Positions 49,713 to 58,112 of a DNA stretch of 64,000 nucleotides are shown here, in pieces. The notes beneath the pieces were generated by a model, which searched no databases, had not been told where the DNA came from, and worked only from the letters and a program-made list of their open reading frames with translations. The translations under genes were made by a program, and so were the position numbers. The stretch lies in contig JAXHMZ010000003.1 in assembly GCA_034521025.1 (NCBI GenBank), positions 15,726 to 79,725 of the forward strand, in the 5' to 3' direction. This DNA comes from Candidatus Campbellbacteria bacterium. GTDB lineage: Bacteria > Patescibacteriota > Minisyncoccia > Phycocordibacterales > JAXHMZ01. Positions within the stretch are counted from its first letter, which is position 1; every line of letters begins with the position of its first letter.

Positions 49713-50147
49713 ATGCTGATCGGAGAATATACACACACACTGGACTCAAAGAAGCGCATTTCTTTGCCGTCAAAGTTTCGCAAAGAATTGGGAAAAACAG
49801 TGGTAGCCACGCAGGGGCTAGACAATTGTGTAGCGATCTATCCGCTCAGCGCTTGGCGCTCTACGACAGAAAAATTGGCGGAAATGTCTATGGGCCAATC
49901 GGGGTCTAGGGACTTCAGTCGATTTATGCTTACGGGCGCTAAAGAGGTAGACGTAGACAGCGCGGGACGTATTCTCATTCCAGATTTTTTAAAAGATTTT
50001 GCCGGATTGAAAAACAAAGTTGTACTCGCGGGAGTGCACAACAGAGTTGAGATCTGGAACGAAAAAGCCTGGAACGAATACAAGAAGCGCGTTCAAAAAC
50101 AAGCAGATGTACTTGCCGAAAAGCTAGGGGAGCTGGGAATGATCTAA
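49713..50147 (+). CDS. mraZ: Transcriptional regulator MraZ
   Basis: Two DxxxR-like SpoVT/AbrB repeats: LDSKKRISLP and DSAGRILIP. Confidence 0.9.
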   Translation: MLIGEYTHTLDSKKRISLPSKFRKELGKTVVATQGLDNCVAIYPLSAWRSTTEKLAEMSMGQSGSRDFSRFMLTGAKEVDVDSAGRILIPDFLKDFAGLKNKVVLAGVHNRVEIWNEKAWNEYKKRVQKQADVLAEKLGELGMI

Positions 50148-50166
50148 GTACGAGAGTGAGCTATTT

Positions 50167-51054
50167 ATGACACACAAGACTGTTCTTTTACACGAAACCA
50201 TTGACGGATTAGATTTTCATCCGGGAGATACATTCCTGGATGGAACCTTTAACGACGGAGGTCATTCGGTCGAAGTATGTAAGACGCACCAGGGATCCGT
50301 TCGGATCATTGGAATTGACTTAGACAGTGACGCTTTATCGAGAGCAAGAGAGGTATTTTTAGAAAAACCATGTAGGATCACCCTACATGAAGAAAATTTC
50401 AAAAACCTCGATACTGTACTAGATGAAGAAGACATAGAAGAAGTAGACGCCATACTTTTTGATCTAGGATTCTCAAGTGTTCAACTAGAAGAATCGGGCA
50501 GAGGCTTTTCATTCCTTCGCGATGAACCTCTGAAGATGACCTTGTCCAAAGAAGAAAGCGGTTTAACGGCCAAAGAGATAGTGAACGAATGGGACCAAGA
50601 ACACATAGAGTCAATTATCAGACACTATGGTGAAGAAAGAAGGGCAAAGAAGATCGCAGAAAAGATCGTCGAGGCAAGAAGCGAAAAGCCTATCACTAGC
50701 ACTAAAGAACTAGCTGAAATAATTTCTGAAGCAACGGGGAAGAGAAAAAGCAAAATCCATCCGGCTACAAAAACATTTCAGGCTTTGCGCATAACCGTCA
50801 ATGATGAAATCGAATCCCTAAAAACAGGTTTAGAAAAAGGCTTTGAAAGGCTCTCGCCTGATGGAAGGTTTGCAGTTATAAGCTTTCACAGTCTCGAAGA
50901 TAGAATCGTTAAACGATTTTTCAGAAATAAGCACAGAGAAGGCTTAGCTCTAAACCTTACCAAAAAACCAATAACTCCAACCCCAGAAGAAATACAAAAT
51001 AATAGAAGATCCAGAAGTGCTAAATTAAGAATTATTAAAAAATTAAAGATATGA
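50167..51054 (+). CDS. rsmH: 16S rRNA m4C1402 methyltransferase RsmH (MraW)
   Basis: FLDGTFNDGGHS, FDLGFSS. Confidence 0.9.
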   Translation: MTHKTVLLHETIDGLDFHPGDTFLDGTFNDGGHSVEVCKTHQGSVRIIGIDLDSDALSRAREVFLEKPCRITLHEENFKNLDTVLDEEDIEEVDAILFDLGFSSVQLEESGRGFSFLRDEPLKMTLSKEESGLTAKEIVNEWDQEHIESIIRHYGEERRAKKIAEKIVEARSEKPITSTKELAEIISEATGKRKSKIHPATKTFQALRITVNDEIESLKTGLEKGFERLSPDGRFAVISFHSLEDRIVKRFFRNKHREGLALNLTKKPITPTPEEIQNNRRSRSAKLRIIKKLKI

Positions 51055-51359
51055 AAACAGCTCGCGTAATAACATCACAGATCCTGCACAGAGAAAGAAT
51101 GACCACTTTGTTGATCGGATTGATCCTTCTGTTGTCCTTAAGCTATGTTTTCCTTGTAGTAGAAACTGTTTTAAATGCAGCAGAACAAAGAAGCATTGAA
51201 ATGGCAGTTGTAGACACTCAAAAGGAAATAGCAGATCTGCAGTTGACGTTCATGCAAAACGAAAACGATATAAGTCTTGACTATGCTTATGAACACGGCT
51301 TTCACGACGTCGACGAGAGGGTATTTGTAACCCGTAATACAAACCTCACTCTACGATAA
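51051..51359 (+). CDS. FtsL-like small bitopic cell-division protein
   Basis: Position between rsmH and ftsI. Single TM. Confidence 0.5.
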   Translation: MKTARVITSQILHRERMTTLLIGLILLLSLSYVFLVVETVLNAAEQRSIEMAVVDTQKEIADLQLTFMQNENDISLDYAYEHGFHDVDERVFVTRNTNLTLR

Positions 51360-51365
51360 TAGTCT

Positions 51366-53087
51366 ATGAGAAAGAAGGAGCCAGGAACACTTGGACTCAA
51401 GTTCATCCTAGTGACTACATTTGTGGCGGCTATTGTTATCGTAACGAAATTGTTTTTTATACAAATTGTAGAAGGAAACGAGTACGAGAACCGTGCCGCA
51501 AACCAATATATTCGTCCCATACACCAACTGTTTAACAGGGGGGATATTTATATGCAACCACGAGAAGGAGAGCCGTTGCCAGTCGCGATGATAGAAACAA
51601 CGTATGTCCTATACATAAATCCACAAGTATTGAGTAATCCCGTAGAGACCTTTAAAAAAATAAATGAAATAACAGAAATTGATGAAGAATCTTATTTTAA
51701 AAAAACAGCAAAACTAGAAGATCCTTATGAAATTTTGAAACGGGACCTACCTGAAGAAGTAAAAGAAGAAATAAGTGATTTAAATATAAAAGGCGTTTCT
51801 ACACACCCAGAAAGAAAGCGCTATTACCCATCAGGATCACTAGCTTCACAGGTCATTGGTTTTATGAGTTATGACAAAAACGAACTGGTTGGTACTTATG
51901 GTATAGAAAGAGAATTTCAAGATATTCTAGAAGATAAAAACAACGAAGGACACATTAATATTTTTGCGGAAGTCCTTTTAAACAATCCAGTAACCGAAAA
52001 TAACGAAAGAGAAGGGAACGCCGACGTTGTTCTGACTCTTGAACCTTCAATACAAATATTTGTAGAAAAGGAATTAAAGAACTTAAGAGAAAAGTACAAC
52101 GCCAAACAAGCTGGGGCGATAGTAATGGATCCCAATACCGGCAAGATAGTATCTATGGCATCAAGTCCGACCTTTGACTTGAATCAATTCAGTAGCGCAA
52201 ATTCGGAATACTACTCTAATCCTAATGTCTCAAACGTATATGAAATGGGATCTATAATGAAAGCTCTAACAATGGCGGTCGGGTTGGAATCCGGAGCTAT
52301 ATCGACAGATAGTACATTTTACGACAAAGGATACATTGAAGCCGACGGATACAAGATCACCAATGTATACAAAGGCGCACGTGGGGAAACAAGTATGCAA
52401 GGAATAATAGACCACTCAATGAATACGGGTGCTTCTTGGATAGTTGATCAAGTAGGCAAGAACAAATTTGCAGATTATTTTAGATCATTAGGATTAGGAG
52501 AGAGAACAGGCATTTCACTTCCGAGTGAAGCCAGTGGTTTAATTGACAACTTAGAAAGTCCGCGAAAAATCGAGTACTATACGGCTTCTTTTGGTCAAGG
52601 TATAGCAACTACGCCGATAGCTACCGTCAGAGCATTGTCGGCACTTGCAAACGGTGGGAAATTGGTAGATCCATACATAGTTGATGAGATCTACCAAGCT
52701 GACGGAAGTACAAAAACTCCGAAAAGAAATGCGCCAAAACAAATATTTTCCGAAGAAACGACCACCCAAGTTTCGAGAATGTTGGTTAATTTAGTAGATG
52801 AAACTCTTGACCTAATAATAGAAGGAGATCAAAGTATATCTACCCATACAGTAGCCGCGAAAACTGGTACGGCCCAAGTTTCTAGTGATCTAATTAGTGG
52901 ATACTCGGAAAGCGATTCGTTTCATTCCTTTTTTGGATATTTCCCGGCATATGATCCAAAATTTATAGTATTTTTATGGGTAGACCGTCCGGAAGGTGTT
53001 ACCTATGCTTCCGGGTCACTGACCAGTCCATTTTTTAACATTACTAATTACATGATCGATCATTACGCCATAAATCCAGATAGATAA
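51366..53087 (+). CDS. ftsI: Peptidoglycan D,D-transpeptidase FtsI (PBP3)
   Basis: AGAIVMDPNTGKIV, GSIMKA (SxxK), KTGTAQ. Confidence 0.8.
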   Translation: MRKKEPGTLGLKFILVTTFVAAIVIVTKLFFIQIVEGNEYENRAANQYIRPIHQLFNRGDIYMQPREGEPLPVAMIETTYVLYINPQVLSNPVETFKKINEITEIDEESYFKKTAKLEDPYEILKRDLPEEVKEEISDLNIKGVSTHPERKRYYPSGSLASQVIGFMSYDKNELVGTYGIEREFQDILEDKNNEGHINIFAEVLLNNPVTENNEREGNADVVLTLEPSIQIFVEKELKNLREKYNAKQAGAIVMDPNTGKIVSMASSPTFDLNQFSSANSEYYSNPNVSNVYEMGSIMKALTMAVGLESGAISTDSTFYDKGYIEADGYKITNVYKGARGETSMQGIIDHSMNTGASWIVDQVGKNKFADYFRSLGLGERTGISLPSEASGLIDNLESPRKIEYYTASFGQGIATTPIATVRALSALANGGKLVDPYIVDEIYQADGSTKTPKRNAPKQIFSEETTTQVSRMLVNLVDETLDLIIEGDQSISTHTVAAKTGTAQVSSDLISGYSESDSFHSFFGYFPAYDPKFIVFLWVDRPEGVTYASGSLTSPFFNITNYMIDHYAINPDR

Positions 53088-54382
53088 TGAAAAATATTAT
53101 TAAAAAAATTCTTATTTCTATATTGCAGAATGAAGCGAAATTAGCTCTGAAGAGACACTCGCCATTTGTTATTGCCGTGGTCGGAAGCGTCGGCAAGACC
53201 TCTACAAAAGACGCTGTAGCGGCTGCGCTCTCTCCGGCGCTTAACGTAAGAAAAAGCAAAAAGAGCTATAACTCAGATATAGGGATCCCTTTAACAATCT
53301 TGGGATTAAATAACCCTTGGAGTAATCCTTTTCAATGGATCCTCGTGCTATTTAGAGGTTTAGTAGAAATATTTAACAAAGATTTTCCGGAAATACTTGT
53401 AATGGAAGTGGGCGCTGATCATCCAGGAGACATTTCTGAGTTATCAAGCTGGTTGAAAACAGATATCATTGTCGCGACTCAGTTTGCAAAAGTTCCGGTG
53501 CACATAGAGAACTTCCCATCAAGAGAAGCAGTTCTTCAGGAGAAACTTTCTATACTAAAGACATTAAAACCCGACGGTTATATCATTGCCAATTCAGACG
53601 ATGAAGAGTTTACTGAAGCATTTAAAGATATGAATCGTAAGGCAGAAATATACACCTACGGACTTATGCCTCCAGCTTACGCGCTGGGATCAAGCGAGCA
53701 ATTCACGTTTGATGAAAACGATAGGGTTAACGGATTCACTTTTAAAATCGAGTGCGAGAGCAATGTATTCCCAATCAAGGTTAAAAACGTGTTGGGCGAC
53801 CAACATAAATATCCAATACTGGCAGGATTTACAGTAGCTAAGGTACTAGACATAAATACTGTTTTGGTACTAGACGGACTAAGTACGATCAAGTACGAGC
53901 CGGGAAGAATGAGAATAATTGAGGGCGTTAAAGATAGTACAATAATAGATGATTCATACAATTCTTCTCCAATCGCAACCAGACGCGCTCTTGAAGCTTT
54001 TACGAGAGTACCGAGTACAGGCAAGAAAATAGCGATACTTGGTGAAATGCTAGAACTGGGAAAGTATGGAGAAGAAGAGCATAAAAAAATGGGCGGGCTG
54101 GCAGCTTCTTCCTCAGACATTTTAGTGGCCGTAGGAAAATTTGCTAGAGACACCGCCGAAGGCGCGCTGGTTACCGGAATGGATGAAAGTTACATACTAC
54201 AATTTGAAAATGCTAGAGAAGCAGGAAAATACGTGGAACATTTGATCGAGAAAGGGGACTTGGTGCTGATAAAGGGCTCACAGGGGACTAGAATGGAAAA
54301 AGCAGTTATCGAGCTTATGGCACACCCGGAGGACAAGGAAAAATTATTAGCGCGCCAGGAGGAAGAGTGGTCAAGGAGGTAG
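53087..54382 (+). CDS. murF: UDP-N-acetylmuramoyl-tripeptide--D-alanyl-D-alanine ligase
   Basis: IAVVGSVGKTSTKD P-loop of Mur ligases. Position in the dcw cluster. Confidence 0.75.
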   Translation: MKNIIKKILISILQNEAKLALKRHSPFVIAVVGSVGKTSTKDAVAAALSPALNVRKSKKSYNSDIGIPLTILGLNNPWSNPFQWILVLFRGLVEIFNKDFPEILVMEVGADHPGDISELSSWLKTDIIVATQFAKVPVHIENFPSREAVLQEKLSILKTLKPDGYIIANSDDEEFTEAFKDMNRKAEIYTYGLMPPAYALGSSEQFTFDENDRVNGFTFKIECESNVFPIKVKNVLGDQHKYPILAGFTVAKVLDINTVLVLDGLSTIKYEPGRMRIIEGVKDSTIIDDSYNSSPIATRRALEAFTRVPSTGKKIAILGEMLELGKYGEEEHKKMGGLAASSSDILVAVGKFARDTAEGALVTGMDESYILQFENAREAGKYVEHLIEKGDLVLIKGSQGTRMEKAVIELMAHPEDKEKLLARQEEEWSRR

Positions 54383-54433
54383 GCTATTAGACAGGTTAGA
54401 TAAGTTGGGGTAAAATAACACTCGTCGCCATCC

Positions 54434-54505
54434 GGCCCTATCGTCTAACGGTTAGGACGTAAGCTTCTCAAGCTTAAAATCGGGGTTCGATTCCCCGTAG
54501 GGTCA
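54434..54505 (+). tRNA. tRNA-Glu (anticodon CTC)
   Basis: GGCCCTA-TC-GTCTAACGGTTAGGAC-G-TAAGC-TTCTCAA-GCTTA-AAAT-CGGGGTTCGATTCCCCG-TAGGGTC-A. Good cloverleaf with one G-U pair. Confidence 0.75.
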
Positions 54506-55020
54506 CAAATGCAAATCGCCTTTACGGCGATTTTTGCATTTGTGATCCGGAGAGAAAGCAAATTTCTTTGCTTTCGTGGGACCTGTTCGCCATTGCAAGA
54601 AACCGAGCCGCGTCCAGCAGTACTTTGTATTTTTAAAGCGAAGCGAATAAAATGCTTAGATCTGCGGATCATTCGGTCACTGAAATAGTAAAGCCCGGCC
54701 TGCAAGGTCCGGGTTTTGCTATTTTAGTCCAGGGGATTCGAAAAGGTTGCCTGATATTTTGCGAATTTATGAAGTAAAATATCGACAACCTGTACTGATC
54801 ATGTAATGATCGATTCCCGTAGGTCACGAACGAAGTGAGAAGACACTAAGCGAAGCAATTTCTTGCTTCGTGACGGGGATTCGAAAAGGTCGAGTATATC
54901 CGCACAGCTTTCAGCACGATAAAGACTATACGAATCTGTAAGATTCGATTCCCCGTAGGGTCACTGAAATAGTAAAGCCCGGCCTGCAAGGTCCGGGTTT
55001 TGTTGTTTTAGTCCAGGAGA
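54506..55020. repeat. Array of degenerate tRNA-Glu 3'-end copies plus a duplicated 60-bp terminator-bearing repeat
   Basis: GATTCGATTCCCCGTAGGGTCAC recurs at 54943-54964. Degenerate copies at 54809-54826 and about 54662-54680. 60-bp direct repeats at 54677-54736 and 54961-55020 each contain the cccggcctgcaaggtccggg-tttt hairpin. Confidence 0.7.
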
Positions 55021-55060
55021 TTTTAAAATGACTTCTTGGGCTATTTAAGATACACCAATC

Positions 55061-56044
55061 TTATTCCTCTGGCTCCTCGGCTGGACTTCTTTTAGGGAGG
55101 TTTTGAACGTAGCTATAAGCTGCCAGAGCTGCTTTTACAGCGTCTCCGGCTGCCGTATTATTCTGCTTATACGGATCGTCCGTAACATCTCCCGCGGCAT
55201 ATAATCCGGGCTGGGAAGTACTTCCGTGTCTTGGATCTATTTTTATTTGACCGTGATCATCTGTTTCAACCATATCTTCAACCAATTCAGAGTTTGGTAT
55301 TGACCCGATCTCGACAAATACACCGCCTGCTTCTATGGTTTTTTCTTCGCCGTTTTCATCTTTATATACAACCCCCTCTACAGTCTGAGATCCGGTTATT
55401 TCTTGGGCCGACGCGTTTGTGATCACTTCAATTTTTTCTTCTGAGTTGATACGATCTACCGTTGCCGTATCTGCGGTAAGTTGATCTTTATTCTGAAGGA
55501 TAGTTACTTTTTCGGCGTAGGGAAGAAGATCAACGGCGGCTTCCGCGCCAGCATTACCGCCCCCAACTACAACGACTTTCTTGTCACTGAATAGAGGAGC
55601 GTCGCAGGTTGCGCAGTAACTGACGCCTGTGCCCTCTAAGCGATCTTCTCCGGGTATGCCCAACTTTCTTCGCCTACCACCAAGTGCGTATATAACACTT
55701 TTGGCTCTGTAAGTATCTCCACTCTCAGTAGTGACCACGAAGTCACATACTCGCGCTTCGTCTTCGCAGGCAACTTTCTCTATTTTAGTTACTGTCTCGG
55801 GAGTTTTGATGTCCACATCTTCTTTATATTTTTTGACGTGTTTTTCTAACTTCATTGCAAGCTCAAAGCCACTTATTTCTTCTTCTCCTATCCAGTTCTC
55901 GATCTCACTTGCCACCACTGATTGTCCGCCAAATTCTTTTGTGATCAGTAGAGTTTTAATTTTCTTTCTAGCGGCATAGACCGCGGCAGCGACTCCGGCT
56001 GGACCCCCGCCTAATATTACCGTGTCGTATAAAGTATCATTCAT
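55061..56044 (-). CDS. trxB: Thioredoxin-disulfide reductase
   Basis: GGGPAG FAD site, CATCD redox centre, GGGNAG NADPH site. Confidence 0.9.
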   Translation of the reverse strand: MNDTLYDTVILGGGPAGVAAAVYAARKKIKTLLITKEFGGQSVVASEIENWIGEEEISGFELAMKLEKHVKKYKEDVDIKTPETVTKIEKVACEDEARVCDFVVTTESGDTYRAKSVIYALGGRRRKLGIPGEDRLEGTGVSYCATCDAPLFSDKKVVVVGGGNAGAEAAVDLLPYAEKVTILQNKDQLTADTATVDRINSEEKIEVITNASAQEITGSQTVEGVVYKDENGEEKTIEAGGVFVEIGSIPNSELVEDMVETDDHGQIKIDPRHGSTSQPGLYAAGDVTDDPYKQNNTAAGDAVKAALAAYSYVQNLPKRSPAEEPEE

Positions 56045-56055
56045 AGGTTTTGTTG

Positions 56056-56415
56056 TTAGTTCTCTTCTTCGGCGGTAGCACCTTCAAGCGAATAACCGCC
56101 GTCTTGCCAGTCCGCTAAGCCGCCTTCGAAATCATATACCTCTGTATATCCCATCTCAGAAAGCTTGTGAGCCGCAAACGGAGAAAGCTGACAAGAAAAG
56201 CTTCCGCAATAGACCACTACGGGCTTGTCTTTTTCGGGTACCATTTCCTGAATCTTTTCTTGAAAATCAGATTCTTTGACACTAGCGTGCTTAGCTCCGG
56301 GTAAATGCTTGGAGTTATAGGATCCCTCGGAAAGTACATCTACTAGCACAAAGTCTTTCTCCTCGTCCATCCAACTTTTAAGTTCTTCTCGAGTTAATGT
56401 TTTAAATTCTTCCAT
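56056..56415 (-). CDS. Rhodanese-domain sulfurtransferase
   Basis: Active-site Cys loop VVYCGSFSCQ. Confidence 0.7.
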   Translation of the reverse strand: MEEFKTLTREELKSWMDEEKDFVLVDVLSEGSYNSKHLPGAKHASVKESDFQEKIQEMVPEKDKPVVVYCGSFSCQLSPFAAHKLSEMGYTEVYDFEGGLADWQDGGYSLEGATAEEEN

Positions 56416-56435
56416 AATTTATTGATTTATTACTT

Positions 56436-57458
56436 CTAGTTTACATAAGGAGCCAGAGACTTTACGTGCTCTAGCAGTGTCTGCGTGTAACCCCATTCAT
56501 TATCATACCAAGCCATAACTTTTACCAAGTTGCCGCCGAGAACTTTAGTTTCAGGCATAGCCACGATCGCGCCATAGGGTTCGCCGATAATATCGCTCGA
56601 AACCAACTTTTCGGAAGTTACGGAAAGGGTTTTTTGCCATTTTTCTTCTTTACTCGCGTTCGTGAATATTTCATTTATCTCTTCAGCCGTAGTATCTCGA
56701 CTGGCAACAAAAATGAAATCTACAACCGAACCTGTAATTACCGGCACCCTTATAGCCATAGCGTCAAACGTATTTTCCTCTAGAAAGGGCAATGCCTTGG
56801 GAGCAGCTTCTGCTGCTGAAGTTGTGGTCAATACTATATTCTGAGCGCCTGCTCTACCTCTTTCAAATTTTCCGTTAGGACCATCAACTATATTTTGTGA
56901 AGCTGTATAACCGTGAACCGTTGTCATAAATCCACGTTCTATTCCAACTGACATCTCAAGAAGAGATGCCAATGGCACAATAGCGTTAGTAGTGCAAGAA
57001 CCGTCAGAGGTAATTTTATCCAAGGTCTCACTAAAGTCGTTGGCACCCAGTATTACGTGATCAACTCCACCTTTAGCATTCGCTGAAATTACAACTCGCT
57101 TTGCGCCCGCCTTGATGTGTCCGGCGGCTTTTTCTTTCTCAGTAAATACTCCGGTTGACTCCACCACCACATCAACGTCTAACTCTTTCCAAGGAAGGTC
57201 GTTCGGATCAGACTCATTAATAAATCTAACTTTTTCTCCATCTACTGAGAGGTACCGTGTATCTCCATCCGACTCCATTTTTACCTCCTTGTTATAACGG
57301 CCATAAGCGGAATCAAACCGTAGTAGATAAACAAGATTTTCAAGCTCTCCTAAGTCATTGATCGCGACAATTTCAACTTTCTCATCATCTAGAGCTTGCT
57401 TGAAGAAGGCACGGCCGATCCTTCCAAAACCATTTATTGCAACTTTTAATTTATCCAT
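56436..57458 (-). CDS. gap: Glyceraldehyde-3-phosphate dehydrogenase, type I
   Basis: INGFGRIGR, SCTTN catalytic Cys. Confidence 0.9.
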   Translation of the reverse strand: MDKLKVAINGFGRIGRAFFKQALDDEKVEIVAINDLGELENLVYLLRFDSAYGRYNKEVKMESDGDTRYLSVDGEKVRFINESDPNDLPWKELDVDVVVESTGVFTEKEKAAGHIKAGAKRVVISANAKGGVDHVILGANDFSETLDKITSDGSCTTNAIVPLASLLEMSVGIERGFMTTVHGYTASQNIVDGPNGKFERGRAGAQNIVLTTTSAAEAAPKALPFLEENTFDAMAIRVPVITGSVVDFIFVASRDTTAEEINEIFTNASKEEKWQKTLSVTSEKLVSSDIIGEPYGAIVAMPETKVLGGNLVKVMAWYDNEWGYTQTLLEHVKSLAPYVN

Positions 57459-57578
57459 ACGAAAACTTTGTAATTAAAACGATATTACTAATAAATAGAA
57501 CAACAACTGCTCATCAATAGCGCCTATGCTTTTATTTTAACTTTTATGGAAAATATTTGAAAACCAAGATATTAAAAT

Positions 57579-57608
57579 AAATGCTTCAATCTATAGATTG
57601 AAGCATTT
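57579..57608. repeat. Perfect 30-bp palindrome aaatgcttcaatctatagattgaagcattt (copy 2)
   Basis: Identical to 22977-23006. Lies between convergent/tandem gene ends. Confidence 0.85.
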
Positions 57609-57645
57609 ATTTTTCGGTAGAATTTAAGTAAGAATATCGATATAG

Positions 57646-58098
57646 CTAAGATATGCTATTTTTAACTATCTCTTGAACTCTTTTTCCATCCGCGCGCGAT
57701 CCCACCTCTTTCATAACTGCCCCTATAAGACGGCCCATATCTTTTGCTTCAGAAATTTCTAGCTCTTTTTTCTTTTTTTCGACCAATTCCTGTATTTCCT
57801 CGTCGTTTAATTGAGTTGGTAAATATCCTTCCAATACTTCGAGCTCTGATCGTTCTTTTGCGACAAGTTCGTCACGGCCGGCCTTTTTGTATTGCTCAAT
57901 AGAATCCTTACGCTGATTGATCTTACGTCGTACTACCTTGAGAGCGTTCTCGTCGTCTAAAAGATCATCCGGTTTTTTACCTAGAGAGACGAGCTCATTT
58001 GTGAACGCGCTCTTCAGGTCTCGTATAACAGACAGCCGCACCGCTTCTCGCGCTTTCATAGCCTCTTTTAATTCTCTGTTGAGATCTTCGTGGATCAT
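57646..58098 (-). CDS. GatB/YqeY-domain protein
   Basis: Typical about 150-aa helical YqeY pattern. Confidence 0.7.
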   Translation of the reverse strand: MIHEDLNRELKEAMKAREAVRLSVIRDLKSAFTNELVSLGKKPDDLLDDENALKVVRRKINQRKDSIEQYKKAGRDELVAKERSELEVLEGYLPTQLNDEEIQELVEKKKKELEISEAKDMGRLIGAVMKEVGSRADGKRVQEIVKNSIS

Positions 58099-58112
58099 AT
58101 TTGATATACTGA

